This document shows, piece by piece, positions 23,167-36,317 of a DNA stretch of 64,000 nt; positions within the stretch are counted from its first letter, which is position 1; each line of letters starts with the position of its first letter. A program made the translations under genes and the position numbers. The DNA comes from Centroscyllium fabricii (Eukaryota), in the NCBI GenBank assembly GCA_051313645.2, contig JBNRSN020000014.1, positions 32,426,001-32,490,000 of the forward strand, given 5' to 3'. The notes below the pieces were generated by a model. It was not told where the DNA came from and searched no databases. It worked only from the letters and a program-made list of their open reading frames with translations.

Positions 23167-25771
23167 CAGGTTGAGCACCGTTATACCGGTGTGGGCGGGA
23201 CTAGGCCCACTGGTAGAGCGAAAAAACCGGTAGAATGAAGCCGGCCAGTGCCCATGTGTGCACCAATCAAAATGGCCGCCGAACGTCCTTGCTGAGTCTC
23301 AACTGCAGTTTGTGCCTCCTGATGACGGCCTGCAGGCTGCTCCGGGGAACCGCGCGCTTCACCATGGCGGGCGCTCGGGGCCCACACATTCAAAAGTGGC
23401 GTGAGCCGCCGCGTCCTGACATCACGGAAGGCCCGCTCGTCCGGCAGCCGTTTTGAATGATCTGCGCATGCGCTCACCACCCAACGGCACATGCGCAGAT
23501 TATTCGCCAAAGCATCAATCGCGGTGGCCATTTTGCGCACGCGCAGGGCAGTCGGGGCTGAAGTTGCTGCCGTTTCGGGGAAACATAGAAACATAGAAGA
23601 TAGGAGCAGGAGTAGGCCATTCGGTCCCTTGAGCCTGCTCTGCCATTTAATGAGATCATGGCTGATCATCCAAACTCAGTACCCTGTCCCTGCCTTCTCC
23701 CCGTATCCCTTGATCCCTCTAGCCTTAAGAAATACATCCAGCTCCTTCTTGAATATATTCAATGAACTAGCCTCCACCGCCCTCTGGTAGAGAATTCCCC
23801 AGGTTCACCACTCTCGGTGAAGAAATTCCTCCTCATCTCTGTCCTAAATGAATTACCCCTTATCCTTAGACTATGACCCCTGGTCTGGACTCTCCGACCA
23901 TCGGGAACATTCTTCCTGCATCAAGTTTGTCCAGACCAGTTAGAATTTTATACGTTTTGACGAGATCCCCTCTATCTTCTAAACTCCAGAGAGTACAAAC
24001 CCAGTCTCTCCTCATACGTCAATCCTGCCATCCCAGGTATCAGCCTGGTGAATCTCCTCTGCACTCCCTCCATGGCAAGAACGTCCTTCCTTAGATAAGG
24101 AGACCAAAACTGCACACAGTACTCAAGGTGTGGTCTCAGCAAGGCTCTGTACAACTGCAGCAAGACCTCCCTGTTCCTGTACTCGAACCCTTTCGCTATG
24201 AAGGCCAACATACCATTTGCCTTCTTAACCGCCTGCTGCACCTGCATGCTCGCCTTCAGTGACTGGTGCACCAGGGCACCCAGGTCTCGTTGTACTTCCC
24301 CTTCTCCCAATCTATTGCCATTCAGATAATAGTCGGCATTTGTTTTTTCCCCCAAAGTGGATAACCTTGCATTTATCCACATTATACTGCATCTGCCATG
24401 TCTCAGCCCACTCGCCCAACCTGTCCAAATCATCCTGGAGCTTCCTGGTATCCTTCTCGCAGCACACACGCCCTCCCAGCTTTGTGTCATCTGCAAACTT
24501 GGAGACATTACATTTAGTTCCCTTTTCTAAATCATTAATGTATATTGTGAATAGCTGGGGTCCCAGGACCGATCCCTGTGGTACCCCACTAGTCACTGCC
24601 TGCCACTCGGAAAAAGACCCATTAACTCCCACTCTCTGCTTTCTGTCCGCCAACCAATTCTCAATCCAAGTCAATACCTTGCCCCCACTCCCATGTGCCC
24701 TAACTTTATATGCTAATCTCTTGTGCGGGACCTTGTCGAACGCCTTCTGAAAGCCTAAGTACACCACATCTACTGGTTCTCCCTGATCAATTTTCCCAGT
24801 TACATCCTCAAAAAATTCCAGTAGATTAGTCGAGCACGATTTACCTTTTGTAAATCCATGTTGACTTTATCCGATCCTGCCACTGATTTTTCAAGTGCTC
24901 AGCTATTACATCCTTTATTATGGACTCCAGCATCTTCCCCACTACCGATGTCAGGCTTACTGGTCTGTAATTTCCCGCTTTCTCCCTACCGCCCTTCTTG
25001 AATAGTGGGGTAACATTAGTTACCCTACAATCCATGGGTACAATTTCAGATTCCATCGATTGCTGGAAGATAATCAGTAATGCATCCACTATTTCTAGGG
25101 CCACTTCCTTAAGTACCCTAGGATGTAGATTATCAGGCCCTGGGGATTTATCGGCCTTTAATCCCATCAATTTCCCTAACACCATTTCCCTGCAAATACG
25201 GATATCCTTCAGTTCCTCCCCTTCATCAAACCTTATGTTCCCCAATATCTCTGGGAGGTTACTTGTGTCCTCCTTTGTGAAGACAGAGCCAAAATATGCA
25301 TTTAATTGGTCTTCCATTTCTTTGTTCCCCATTATCACTTCCCCTGCTTCTGACTGTAAGGGACCTACACTTGATTTCACTAATCTTTCTCTTTACATAT
25401 CTATAAAAGCTCTGTCAGTTTTTATATTCCCTGCAAGCTTACTTTCATATTCTATTTTCCCCTTCTTAATTAGTCCCTTTGTTGAATCCTAAACTGTTCC
25501 CAATCCTCAGGGTTACTGCTTTTTTTGGCCAGTTTATATGCCCTTTCCTTTGATCTTATGCTATCCCTAATTTCTCTCGTCAGCCACGGTTGCGTTACCC
25601 TTGTTTTATTCTTGTGCCACACTGGGATGAACAACTTCTGTAGTTCATCCATGCAGCCTTTGAATATTTGCCCTTGCCCATCCACCGTCAACCCTTTGAG
25701 TGACATCCCCCAGTCAATCCTACCCAGTTCGCACCTCATACCATCGTAGCGGATTAACGGTGCTCAACCTG
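23167..25771. mobile_element. Tigger4-like MITE, both TIRs TA-flanked, interrupted by a CR1
   Basis: CAGGTTGAGCACCGTTA at 23167; GGATTAACGGTGCTCAACCTG+TA ending at 25771. Confidence 0.75.
23581..25748 (-). mobile_element. CR1 LINE ORF2 fragment nested in the MITE
   Basis: ORFs 23972-24508, 24312-24767, 24841-25380 and 25470-25739 carry CR1 RT motifs. Confidence 0.93.
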
Positions 25772-27103
25772 TACCAAAGTACATTATTGAAACCAAATCT
25801 CTCCTAAGAAAGGTAAATCAGGTGAGTGTCGGGGTCAGTGTTCAGTCATACTGGTTAGCACTGGCTGGGTATTGTGACTGGTATAAAAAGGGCCTGCTGG
25901 TGAGGGGGGAGTGTTGAGTGAGTTGGTGAGAAGACGTGTGTGTGATACAATTATCATTCAGGTAACAAGTGGTATTGGAACAAGTGGTTTTGCCTTGAGC
26001 TCGGGAGATTTTTCTGGAATAAACTTGCAAGATGTCTGATTGAATGGAGGAAGTGCAGTGGCCCTGTGAAGGGTCAATGGAGCATTCTAGCTCTTATTCA
26101 GGCTGCTTTGCTGTAGCTACACTTCACGAAGCATCAAAGAGCCAGGTTGCCTTTGTACTTCCAACAAAGTCTACAGCTGGCATTGGTGCCCCCAAACAGG
26201 CTTGATACAAATGCAATATTTTTTGAGCATTAAGATCTAATGTATAAATATCGCAACAGTTGTCAAACAGGCTGTTGGAGGAGGCCACTGAAACCACCTG
26301 AAACTGACGGTGAAAGTTATAGGATGGTCAGAGCAGATGTAGCTTTGAAACTACTTTAATGGTAAAAAGCTACTTGTGTTGATGTGGTTTAACATTGTTG
26401 GGGATATGAAGTTAGAACAGTTAGTCCACAAGGCACAGTATTCCCTCGCACTGCCATATCACGTAGGGCGCAAGAGGATATGCAGAACAAAGATTGTTGA
26501 TGGGTGTGTTGCTTTTTGGGTGGAAGCATGAATGTTCATTGTAGTTGGTAGCTTATTGCGCATAGCAACCAAGTGAATTTGAATGTAGTGTGGCAAGTGT
26601 AAAGACTAAATTCAAACTCCAGATTTACCATTGGCAAATCATTCACTGACCAGGATTGTTGCTCCTAGGGTTCTTTTAGTGGGATACTGAGCCATGACTC
26701 TCACTTTACACTAGAAACTAAAAGCTAGTTTGTGAGGTGTTAGATGAGTTGGTGCTAGTTACCCATGTGATGTCTCTGCCTTAAAGCACTTTGCAGAGAC
26801 AATGTTATCCATGTAAAAGATGTGATTTGGTGAGGTGTGAATTAAAGTAACAGTTTGAGGTGCCTTGTCAGTGATCTGAATTTTGGAATAGCATGGTGCT
26901 GTTCCTCTAGTATATGCACACTTGTGGTCTGCAAATCTTGATCCATTGGACAGTGTTGCTTGATGGAGTTTAAGCTTGTCAAATTGACCTGGGTGTGGGT
27001 ATAATGGGTCTCTAATACTGGTTATACCAACTGGCAGCAGCATTAACATTTGCAAGATTTTCCTGTCCTGTATGGGGTAAGTTATTGGACAAGAGTATAT
27101 AGT

Positions 27104-27310
27104 TGTGGTAAACCACTAATCTGCCTGTTAACATGTCTGGGCATGCCTCAGCTGGCTCCACCCCATAGCCCAGGTATAAAGGTGATTGACCTCCAGTCCC
27201 CCTGGCTTTAAGGATCGGTCTACCAGCAGAGGCATGCTCGTATTCTTTTGTTAATAAAAGCCTACTTGTTATAAGTTTCACTTAGTCTTTTGGGAGTTAT
27301 TGATGGCACA
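27104..27310 (+). mobile_element. Possible solo LTR
   Basis: TG...CA ends, TATAAA at about 27175, AATAAA at about 27253; no TSD confirmed. Confidence 0.4.
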
Positions 27311-27351
27311 TTGATGAATGCTTTTGACCTGCACAAACATGTTTGTGCTGA

Positions 27352-27835
27352 CTATAGAGTCATAGTTATACAGCACAGAAAGAGGCCCTTCGGCCATCGT
27401 GTCCGTGCCGGCCATCAAGCCCTGTCTATTCTAATCCCATTTTCCAGCACTTGGTCCATAGCCTTGTATGCTATGGCGTTTCAAGTGCTCATCTAAATGC
27501 TTCTTGAATGTTGAGGGTTCCTGCCTCTACCACCCTTTCAGGCAGTGAGTTCCAGATTCCAACCACCCTCTGGGTGTGTTTCCTCAAATCCCCTCTAAAC
27601 CTCCTGCCCCTTAACTTGAAACTATGCCCCCTTGTTATTGACCCTGCTACTAAGGGGAAAAGTTCCTTTCTATTTACCCTATCTATGCCCCTCATAATTT
27701 TGTACACCTCAATCAGGCCCCCCCTCCGCCTTCTCTGCTCCAAGGAAAACAACCCCAGCCTGTCCAGTCTCTCTTCATGGCTGAAGCGCTCCAGCCCAAG
27801 TAACATCCTGGTGAATCTCCTCTGCACCCTCTCTA
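27352..27835 (-). mobile_element. CR1 3' fragment
   Basis: LERVQRRFTRML...LFSLEQRR translation. Confidence 0.85.
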
Positions 27836-28510
27836 ATTGTCTTGACATTTACTTCCACCTTGTTTCAAACTTAAGCATGTTGTCCAAGTTGAGGTATGAT
27901 CTTTGAAACCCCAAATGAGGTTGAGCTGTATTTCTCATCCATTCAAAGCCTGACTTAATGTTTGACTTCAAATTGTCTCCACTGTGGCTCTGTCCCCTCA
28001 TTGGTGGTGGTTAACCCTGGAGCAGAGAGGGTGACTACAGTATTACCTTCTGTTGTGAAACTATTTGTTTGAGGAAGACTTAAACCAGATGCACAAGTGT
28101 TGGTATTGGGTAGCCAATCCTCCCATTGACTGGATCCTTCCTCCGACCACATGGTCTTCAGTCAGTTTCTGCATGATTGTGGTGCAAGTGGGAATATTTG
28201 TAGGTGCCAAGGTATCAACACTGGCAGACATCACTACTTTTATCAACACAACCCAAAGATATTGACCCTTATCCCCAACATGGTGACTCAACACTGGTGT
28301 CTAAAGCTTATGTAAAGAATCCAAGGTTTATCTTAGAAGATTTGTAATTAAATGGCCTCTAGTTGGATTCCTGCATTCCTTTGAACTCTGGGCTATATTC
28401 CAGATGATTCTTTTCCCCATTATGGGCTTCATTAAACCCAGGATCATCTCTTGGTCTGTTTGCTCCAAGTGTCTAATTTATTTTCTCTCAGTCTTGTGGA
28501 GTTCCCTATA

Positions 28511-28704
28511 CAGGGTCTGACACCGTTAATCCGGCACCGTTGGACCAGGCCGGTGCCGGATTAATGAAAAATCCCACCGACTGAAGCTTCGACGAGCACA
28601 CGCGCAGACCATTCAGAATGGTCTGAGCATGTGCAGACCAGTCGGGGGGAGGGCCGGATTTATGCCGGACGACTGAAATTTCTGGATTAATGGTGCCGGA
28701 CCTG
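28511..28704. mobile_element. Complete ~195-bp Tc1/mariner-type (Tigger-like) MITE
   Basis: TA at both flanks; imperfect TIRs CAGGGTCTGACACCGTTAATCCGG / CTGGATTAATGGTGCCGGACCTG. Confidence 0.75.
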
Positions 28705-29085
28705 TAGTCCACATCCAGAATTTAAAAGGAAGTCTTCATGCAGGTCAAACCCCATTTCCTTGCCACCACCCTCCCCCTTTAAGCAAGCAGCAAGTTTTGA
28801 CAAGTGAGGAAAGGTATTTGCTCAGTAAGAGTCTTCGTGGTTTCTCTAGACTGAACATTTGTATTTGGAGGGTGAGGAGGATTCTAGAATGAGACTCTGG
28901 GGATACATTTGCCGTGAAATGTTGCTCAAAGTTGCCAGGTTACTTTGACAGCTGGATGTTTACCTGTGACTGGAGCGGCATAATGTAATTCTGTGGCACA
29001 CTTTTGGGCCGTTTGAGGGGAGTGAGCTTTCTCTGCATTAAAGTGTCACAAACTTGGAATAACTTTTTTTATGTTTACCTTACAG

Positions 29086-29290
29086 GAGCTTCCTTCAGCT
29101 GGGTGCTGGTTTGAGCGTGGGTCTGAGTGGTCTTGCTGCTGGTTTTGCTATTGGCATAGTAGGTGATGCTGGTGTACGAGGGACTGCACAGCAGCCAAGG
29201 TTATTTGTTGGAATGATCCTGATCCTCATTTTTGCTGAAGTGTTGGGTCTTTATGGCCTGATTGTTGCTTTGATCCTTTCCACAAAATAA
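29086..29290 (+). CDS. ATP6V0C: V-ATPase proteolipid subunit c, coding exon 3
   Basis: TTACAG acceptor; (K)[67 protein letters not shown], including the proton-binding Glu. Total 76+184+205=465 nt = 154 aa + stop. Confidence 0.97.
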
Positions 29291-29857
29291 ATCCTGCAAA
29301 TATAGCATTTAGCTCCGTCATTCTAATGGTCTTATCTCCAGAATGTGTACAGTTGTCTCTCTTTGGTAGTCAATCTCTTGTAAATGCGCAATGTATGTTA
29401 GTGATTGTCTGTCCTGTGTATTTAGGTATTGAATTGTATTGTTTTAAGAGCTGGGTTCAGTGGCTCCTAAACATTTGTGCAATTTCCAATCCATATTATT
29501 GTTGAGGAGCACTCGGATTAAATTAGAATTGTAACGTTTCATTTCTTTTCACTGGATTTTATTTATAAAGATTTAAAATGTTCATACATTGTTATAATGG
29601 AGCAAGATTTCTGGAGTCCCCATGATATAGTAGATTATTGCACTCAGTAATTGTATTTGCTCAGATCTCTCTGGATGTAATAATTGGTTAAAGATTGGAT
29701 CTGATCATAGTCCTACTTTTGTGTACTGGTATTGGAGTGAGTTCTACTTGTGTTTTTAACATCCTGAGGCACATGTAAATGTTTCCGGTAGTAAAATGTA
29801 TTCCTACTCTTAAAAGGTGTGCACCCAGTGTTGGGTTTCGCATTTCTGATGTTTCCA

Positions 29858-29863
29858 AATAAA
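29858..29863 (+). terminator. ATP6V0C: Likely ATP6V0C poly(A) signal
   Basis: AATAAA about 570 nt after the stop, followed by a T-rich tract at about 29897-29908. Confidence 0.65.
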
Positions 29864-30262
29864 AAAATTCCTCAACTAAATTTTGAAGTTGCCTACTTTT
29901 TTTTTTTGTCTAAACTTTCCTATGCATTATTTTGATCAGACCCTGGAGTTCCAGATCCTCTTTATTAACTATTGAGTCTTAGTATATCTATCATTACTGA
30001 TTTAACGGTAGCACTCACTTCCATGGTGACATTGCTTTCTTTTAAAGCTAGAATGATTCATTTAATGGCTTGTGGCCCAAGGTTCACCGGCCTAATGCTG
30101 AAATACTCATAGGTTACAAGAAAACAAAGGTGACTTGCTGCCATTAGGTGAGAGTTGGGTCAAATGCTTCATCTTGTATGATTTGAGATGAGCTAAACAG
30201 AAGTAATGAAAGAGGTGAGCTATTTACCAGCAAAAAGCAGTACTGTTACAACAATAGTTGTA

Positions 30263-30563
30263 CAGGTTGAGCACCGGTAATCCAGCACCTGATGGTCCGG
30301 CAGCTTCAGTGGTCCGGCACGATTGGAAACTAGCGGTCTTCATTTTGCAGAGCAGCTGCTCGGCGGCGCCACAGTTTCCCGCGAAGGGTGAGTGAGTGCC
30401 GAAGGCGTCTGGTGTTTGGGTTTCTGTTTTTAAGTCTTGTAAGTGTTCTGTCCCCGGGCTCCCTCCCGGGGAGTGTTCTACCCGCGCGCTCCTCCCGAAC
30501 CTTCAGTGGTTCGGACTTTTCAGTGGTCCGGCACCGGCCTGGTCCCGAGGGTGCCAGATTAAC
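30263..30563 (+). mobile_element. Tigger4-like MITE, right TIR eroded
   Basis: TA+CAGGTTGAGCACCGGTAATCC; subterminal TTCAGTGGTCCGGCAC repeats. Confidence 0.75.
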
Positions 30564-31044
30564 TATTGCCTTGGTAACTAAGATCTCTTGATTAGAATTC
30601 ACAAATAATCTTTTGCCGAATACTTAAACGCAGCAAAACCGTTTGCTAACTTTGTCCTCTGCTGTATAAAATAAATGCCGGCCTTGCCAAATGTTCTGTT
30701 CATGACTTGCATATCTGCTTTGACTATCCCTGTGGTCGTAATAGCTGGCACCAGGTCCCAAAAGGCAGTGGATGCTTGGGCTCAAGACTCTGATCAATAG
30801 ATTTTTCTTGGGTAAGGGTATCAAGGGATATGAAGTTGAGGTGCAGATCAAATGTGATCTAATTGAATGGCAGGTCGGGCTCGACTGGCTGGATATTCCA
30901 AAGAATCCAACCTCTGTTTTAATAGCTCTGTCTGGATCCAGCTCGGCACAGTATAGAAGCAGGAACCACAATGGTTATGAAAAAGATTGCTTTATTGTAG
31001 TGCCAATTCTTTCTTCACCAGCTGGATTTATAAGCTACGATAGT

Positions 31045-33980
31045 AAAATACTGCGGATGCTGGAAATCCCAAATAACAGAAAATGCTGGAAAAACTCAGC
31101 AGGCCAGGCCGCATCGGTGGAGAGAAATAATAGTCGACTTTTCGGGTTAGGACCCTTTGTCAAGACTGAAGCCAGGAAATGAAACGGGTCGGAAGGCTGG
31201 GAAGAGGACAAACGGGAAGAGAAAACAAAAGAGAAAAGCCATTAAAAGGTACAGGTTGAGCACCGGTAATCCGGCACCCGATGGTCCGGCAGTTTCAGTG
31301 GTTCGGCACGAATCTAAACCGGCGCTCTTCATTTCCGCCTTCCGCACTTTCATGCTGGCGAGCTCAGAATCGTAAATTCCCTCCGTTTTTATTTCGTTAA
31401 AACATCGATCCCATCCTTCCAAGTGTCTCGTTGTGGTTTTGCTTTTAAAGAACGGGAGGAAAAATCAAAAATAAACTGCGCCAGGATCAGAGAAAATCTG
31501 CATCCCCCAGCAGTTAATTTCAATAAATGTCACTTTCACATCGTGTAGATCCAACAACTTAGGATAACATTGCCGTTTACACAGGCTACATTAACCTAGC
31601 TACATTTGCTTTCAATTCTAAAACTAATGGTGGTATTTGCTGAGGGAACTTATAAACTTAGAAGTGTGAAAAGATGGAATGAAAAATAGGTCTTGTAGTA
31701 GCTCACGGGACAACAGTAAAAGCTGCAGTGGAATTAAGAATAGTCAGTTCTGGAAATTGTAATTCTGTATCTACTGCAGAGGACGTGCCGACAAATTGTA
31801 AGAAGTGCGGTATTTTGAATTTATCCGAATATAATCGGCACACTGTTGAGACAACATACCTTTTGCTTCTCGGGGTTGATTGCATAGCCTGTCAAATGAA
31901 TCTGTTCCAAGGTGCCTGATATTTGAGAGAGCTAATATTTCCATGGTTGGAATATTTGTAAAGTTAACGCATAATCTGAAAGTGGAAGCTAATAAATTAT
32001 TGGGTGCTAATTGGGGCCGGAGTGCGGTTGTCGGTCCAAGCCAGTTCCACCGAACCTTCGGTGATTTGGAATTTTCAGTGGTCCGGCACCGGCCTGGTCC
32101 TGAGGGTGCCGGATTACTGGTGCTCAACCAGTGTTCAAAATGAGACGAGATAGTGATGGGGCTGGAAACAGAATACAGCTATAGATTAGGTGTGAAATGC
32201 ATTGGCAGAATGGGAGGTGGCTGCCATGTGGGGGAGAGAAAAAGAGAAGGGGGGCCAAATAAAAGGTGTGGCTAAAAATAGGTAAAAATATAATGGGGGC
32301 CGAAGTTATGATCTGAAATTGTTGAACGCTATAGGCACTTTACAGCCCTCCGGACTCTAAGCGGAAGAGGTGTTCCTTCAGTTCACGCTGAGCTTCCAAG
32401 GAACAATGTAATAGGCTAAGGACAGAGAGATCAGTGTAGTGAAGCGGAGAATTAAAGTGACAAGCGATCGGAAGCACGGGGTCACCCTTACAGACTGAAC
32501 GGAGGTGTTCCGCAAAGCGGTCACCCAATCTGCATTTGGTCTCCCCAATGTAGAGGGGACTGCATCGTGAGCAGCGTACACAGTATACCAGATTGCGAGA
32601 AGTACAAGTAAATCACGGTTACACCTGGAAGGGGTGTTTGGGGCCCTGGACAGTGGGAAGGTGGGAGGTGTTGCATCTCCTGCGCTTGCACAGGAAGGTG
32701 CCGGGCAAAGGGGAAAATGTGCTGGGGGTGATGGAGTGGACTAGTGTGTCTCGGAGGGAGTGGTCCCTATGGAATGCTGAAAGGGGAGGGGAACATCCAT
32801 TTGGTGGTGGGATCACGTTGGAAATAGCGGAGGATGATCTGTTGAATGGGGAGGCTGGTGGGGTGAAAGGTGAGGACAAGGGGAACCCTATCGTGGTTCC
32901 GGGAGAGAGGGGTGAGGGCAGAAGTGCGGGAGATAGAACGGACCCGGTCGAGGGCAGTGTCAACCACCGTAGAGGGGAATCCTCGGTTGAGGAAAAAGGA
33001 AGACATATTGGAAGCACTGGTGTGAAAGGTGGCATCGTCCGAGCAACTGGGAAAATGGAATAGAGTCTTTACAGGAGGCGGGGTGAGAGGAAGTGTCCAG
33101 ATTTGTGGGAGTCAGTGGGCTTACAGTGAATGTTGGTCAATAACCTATCCCTGGAGACGGAGATGTTGAGGAAGGGAAGAGTCGGGGATGGTGGAAATTG
33201 GAGGCAAAGTGAATGAAGTTGTCGAGTTCCGGGCAAGAGCAGGAAACGGCACTGATACTGTCATCAATGTACCGGAAAAAGAGGTGAGGGAGGGGACCCG
33301 AGTAGGACTGGAACAAAGAGTGTTCCACATATCCCACGAAAAGGCAGGCATAGCTAGGACCTATGCGGGTACCCAGCAACACCTTTAATTTGGAGGAAAT
33401 GAGTGGAGTCAAAGGAGAAGTTGTTCAATGTGAGAACAAGTTCAGACAGCGGAGGGGGGTGGTGGATGGGGACTGGTTGGGCCTCTGTTCAAGGAAGAAG
33501 CAGAGCGCCCTCAGGCCATCCTGGTGGGGGATGGAGGTGTAGAGGGATTGTACGTCCATAGTGAAAAGGAGTCGGTTGGGGTTGGGAAACTGGAAACTTA
33601 AAGTGGCGGAGGGCGTTGAAAGAGTCGCGGATGTAGGTAGGAAACATAGAAGATAGGAGCAGGAGATTCGGCCCTTCGAGCCTGCTCCGCCATTTAATGA
33701 GATCATGGCTGATCATCCAAACCCAGTACCCTATCCCTGCCTTGTCCCCATATCCCACGATCCCTATCGAACCTGCACCGACACATATCCCACCCTATCC
33801 CCGTAACCCCACATATTCAATCCCCCTAACACTAACGGTCAATTTATCCTGGCCAATCAACTTAACCCACACATCTTTGGACTGGACTGAAGAGATTGGA
33901 CAAGGGGAGAAAAGATAGTCGAGATAGGAAGAGAAGTTCCATGGGGCAAGAACAGGCTGAAACGATGGGTCTACTAGGGC
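31045..33980 (-). mobile_element. Penelope-like element (RT, GIY-YIG, terminal repeat); left arm of an inverted pair
   Basis: MDVQSLYTSIPH, GPSYACLFVGYVE..FRYIDD, GDRFAEH; nested MITE 31252-32131 and V-SINE about 33641-33885. Confidence 0.85.
31252..32131 (+). mobile_element. Tigger4-like ~880-bp element with both TIRs
   Basis: CAGGTTGAGCACCGGTAATCCGG / CCGGATTACTGGTGCTCAACCAG; the empty site is visible in the sister arm (about 37455-37480). Confidence 0.8.
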
Positions 33981-34714
33981 TGTATCGGTGCTGTTTCCTG
34001 CTCTTGCCCTGAACTCGAGAACTTCATTCACTTTGCTTCCAATTTCCACCCTTCCCTCACCTTCACATGGTCTATCTCCAACTCTTCCCTTCCTTGACAT
34101 CTCCATCTCTGGGGATAGGTTATTGACCAACATTCACTACTGACTCCCACAGCTATCTGGACTGCACTTCCTCCCACCCCGCCTCCTGTAAGGATTCTAT
34201 TCCATTCTCCCAGTTTCTCCATCTCCGCCGCATCTGCTCTGACGATGCCACCTTCCACACCAGTGCTTCCAATATGTCTTCCTTTTCCTCAACCGATGAT
34301 TCCCCTCTACCATGGTTGACACGGCCCTCGACTACTGGGTCCGTTCTATCTCCCGCACTTCTGCCCTCACCCCTGCCACTCCCTCCCAGAACCATGATAG
34401 GGTTCCTCTTGTCCTCACCTTTCACCCCACCAGCCTCCACATTTAACGGATCATCCTCCGCCACCTCCGATGTGATCCCACCACCAAACTCATCTTCCCC
34501 TCCCCCTTCAGCATTCTGTAGGGACCGCTCCCTCTGAGATACACCAGTCCACTCCTCCATCACCCCCAGCACCCCTTCGCCTGGCACCTTCCTGTGCAAG
34601 CGCAGGAGATGCAACATCTGCCCTTACACCTCCCCCCCCCTTCCCACTGTCCAGGGCCCCAAACACCCCTGCCAGGTCAAACAGCGATTTACTTGTACTT
34701 CTTGCGATCTAGTA

Positions 34715-35097
34715 CAGGTTGAACACCGTTAATCCGTTACCCGAAAAACCGGCAGCTTCAGACGTCCGGCAATGATTTCCCCAACTGCCCCGCACATGTG
34801 CAAAATGGCCGCCATGCGTGGCTGCACATGCTCGGGCCTCCCTGACTGGTCTGCGCATGCGCAACATGGCCACCGCGCTTGCCTGCGCATGCCCAGGCCT
34901 CCCCGAACGATTGATGCTTCAGCGAGATCTGCTCATGCGCCGCCGAACGGCGAGTGCATGCGCAGACCATTCAAAACTCTGCAGTGGCCATTTTGAATGA
35001 TCTGCGCATGTGCCGCCAAAGCTTCAAGCATTTGGCGTTTTCAACAATTCGGCAGGGTGCTGGTCCCGACACTGCTGGATTAACGGTGTTCAACCTG
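34715..35097. mobile_element. Complete Tigger4-like MITE (383 bp) with TA duplication, inserted in the GIY-YIG region
   Basis: TA-CAGGTTGAACACCGTTAATCC ... GGATTAACGGTGTTCAACCTG-TA. Confidence 0.85.
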
Positions 35098-35304
35098 TAT
35101 ATTGTATTCTCTGCTCATGATGCGGTCTCCTCTACATTGGGGAGACAAAACGCAGATTGGGTGACTGCTTTGCGGAACATCTCCGTACAGTCCGTAAGGG
35201 TGACTCTCAGCTTCCGGTCTCCTTTCACTTTAATTCTCCTCTTCACTACCACTTTGATCTCTCTGTCCTTGGCTGATTACATTATTCCTCGGAAGCTCAG
35301 CGTA

Positions 35305-36108
35305 AAACATAGAAACATAGAAGATTGTAGCAGGAGTAGGCCATTCGGCCCTTCGAGCCTGCTCCGCCATTCAATTAGATCATGACTGATCTTTCAGATT
35401 CAGTACCCTGTCCCTGCCTTCTCCCCATATCCCTTCAGCCTGAAGAAATATGTCCAACTCCTTCTTAAATATATTCAATGAACCGGCCTCCACCGCCCTC
35501 TGGCAGAGAATTCCACAGGTTCACCACTCTCGGTGAAGAAATTCCCCCTCATCTCCGTCCTAAATGGCTTTCCCCTTATCTTTAGACTGTGGCCCCTGGT
35601 TCTGGACTCCCTGACCATCGGGAACATCATTCCTGCCTCTTGTCTGTCCAGGCCTGATAGAATTTTATAGGTTTCGATGAGATCTCTCAATCGTCTGAAC
35701 TCCAGTGAGTATAAGCCCAATCGACTCAATCCCTTCCCCATACGTCATTCCTGCCATCCCAGGTATCAGCCTGGTGAATCTTCGCTGCATTCCGTCAATG
35801 GCAAGAACGTCCTTCCTCAGATGAGGCAACCAAAACTGCACACAATACTCGAGGTGTGGTCTCACCAAGGTCCTGTAGAGCTGCAGCAAGACATCCTTGT
35901 TCTTATATTCGAACCCTCTTGCTACGAAGGCCAACATACCATTTGCCTTCTTAACCACCTGTTGCACCTGCATGCTTACCTTCAGTGACTGGTGCACAAG
36001 AACACACCGGTTTCTTTGCACTTCCCCAGCTCCCAATCTATTGCCATTCAAATAATAATCTGCCCTCCTGTTTTTGCCACCAAAGTGGATAACCTCACAT
36101 TTATACAT
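35305..36108 (-). mobile_element. CR1 3' fragment
   Basis: CEVIHFGGKN...VRPHLEYCVQFW; CR1 tail. Confidence 0.9.
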
Positions 36109-36219
36109 TTTCCGATTAGGCACTTTACAGCCCTCCGGACTCTATCGAGTTCAACACTTTCAGATCATAACTTTGGCCCCCATTATATTTTTACCTATTT
36201 ATCCACACCTTTTATTTGG

Positions 36220-36224
<5 letters not shown>

Positions 36225-36260
<36 letters not shown>
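36225..36260. repeat. (CT)n microsatellite
   Basis: About 18 CT units. Confidence 0.9.
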
Positions 36261-36263
<3 letters not shown>

Positions 36264-36317
36264 CCACATGGCAGCCGCCTCCCATTCTGCCAGTGTATTT
36301 CACACCTAATCTATACG

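Noticed and set aside
25820-26035. Possible second solo LTR (TATAAAA, AATAAA)
   Set aside because: No clear TG...CA ends or TSD.
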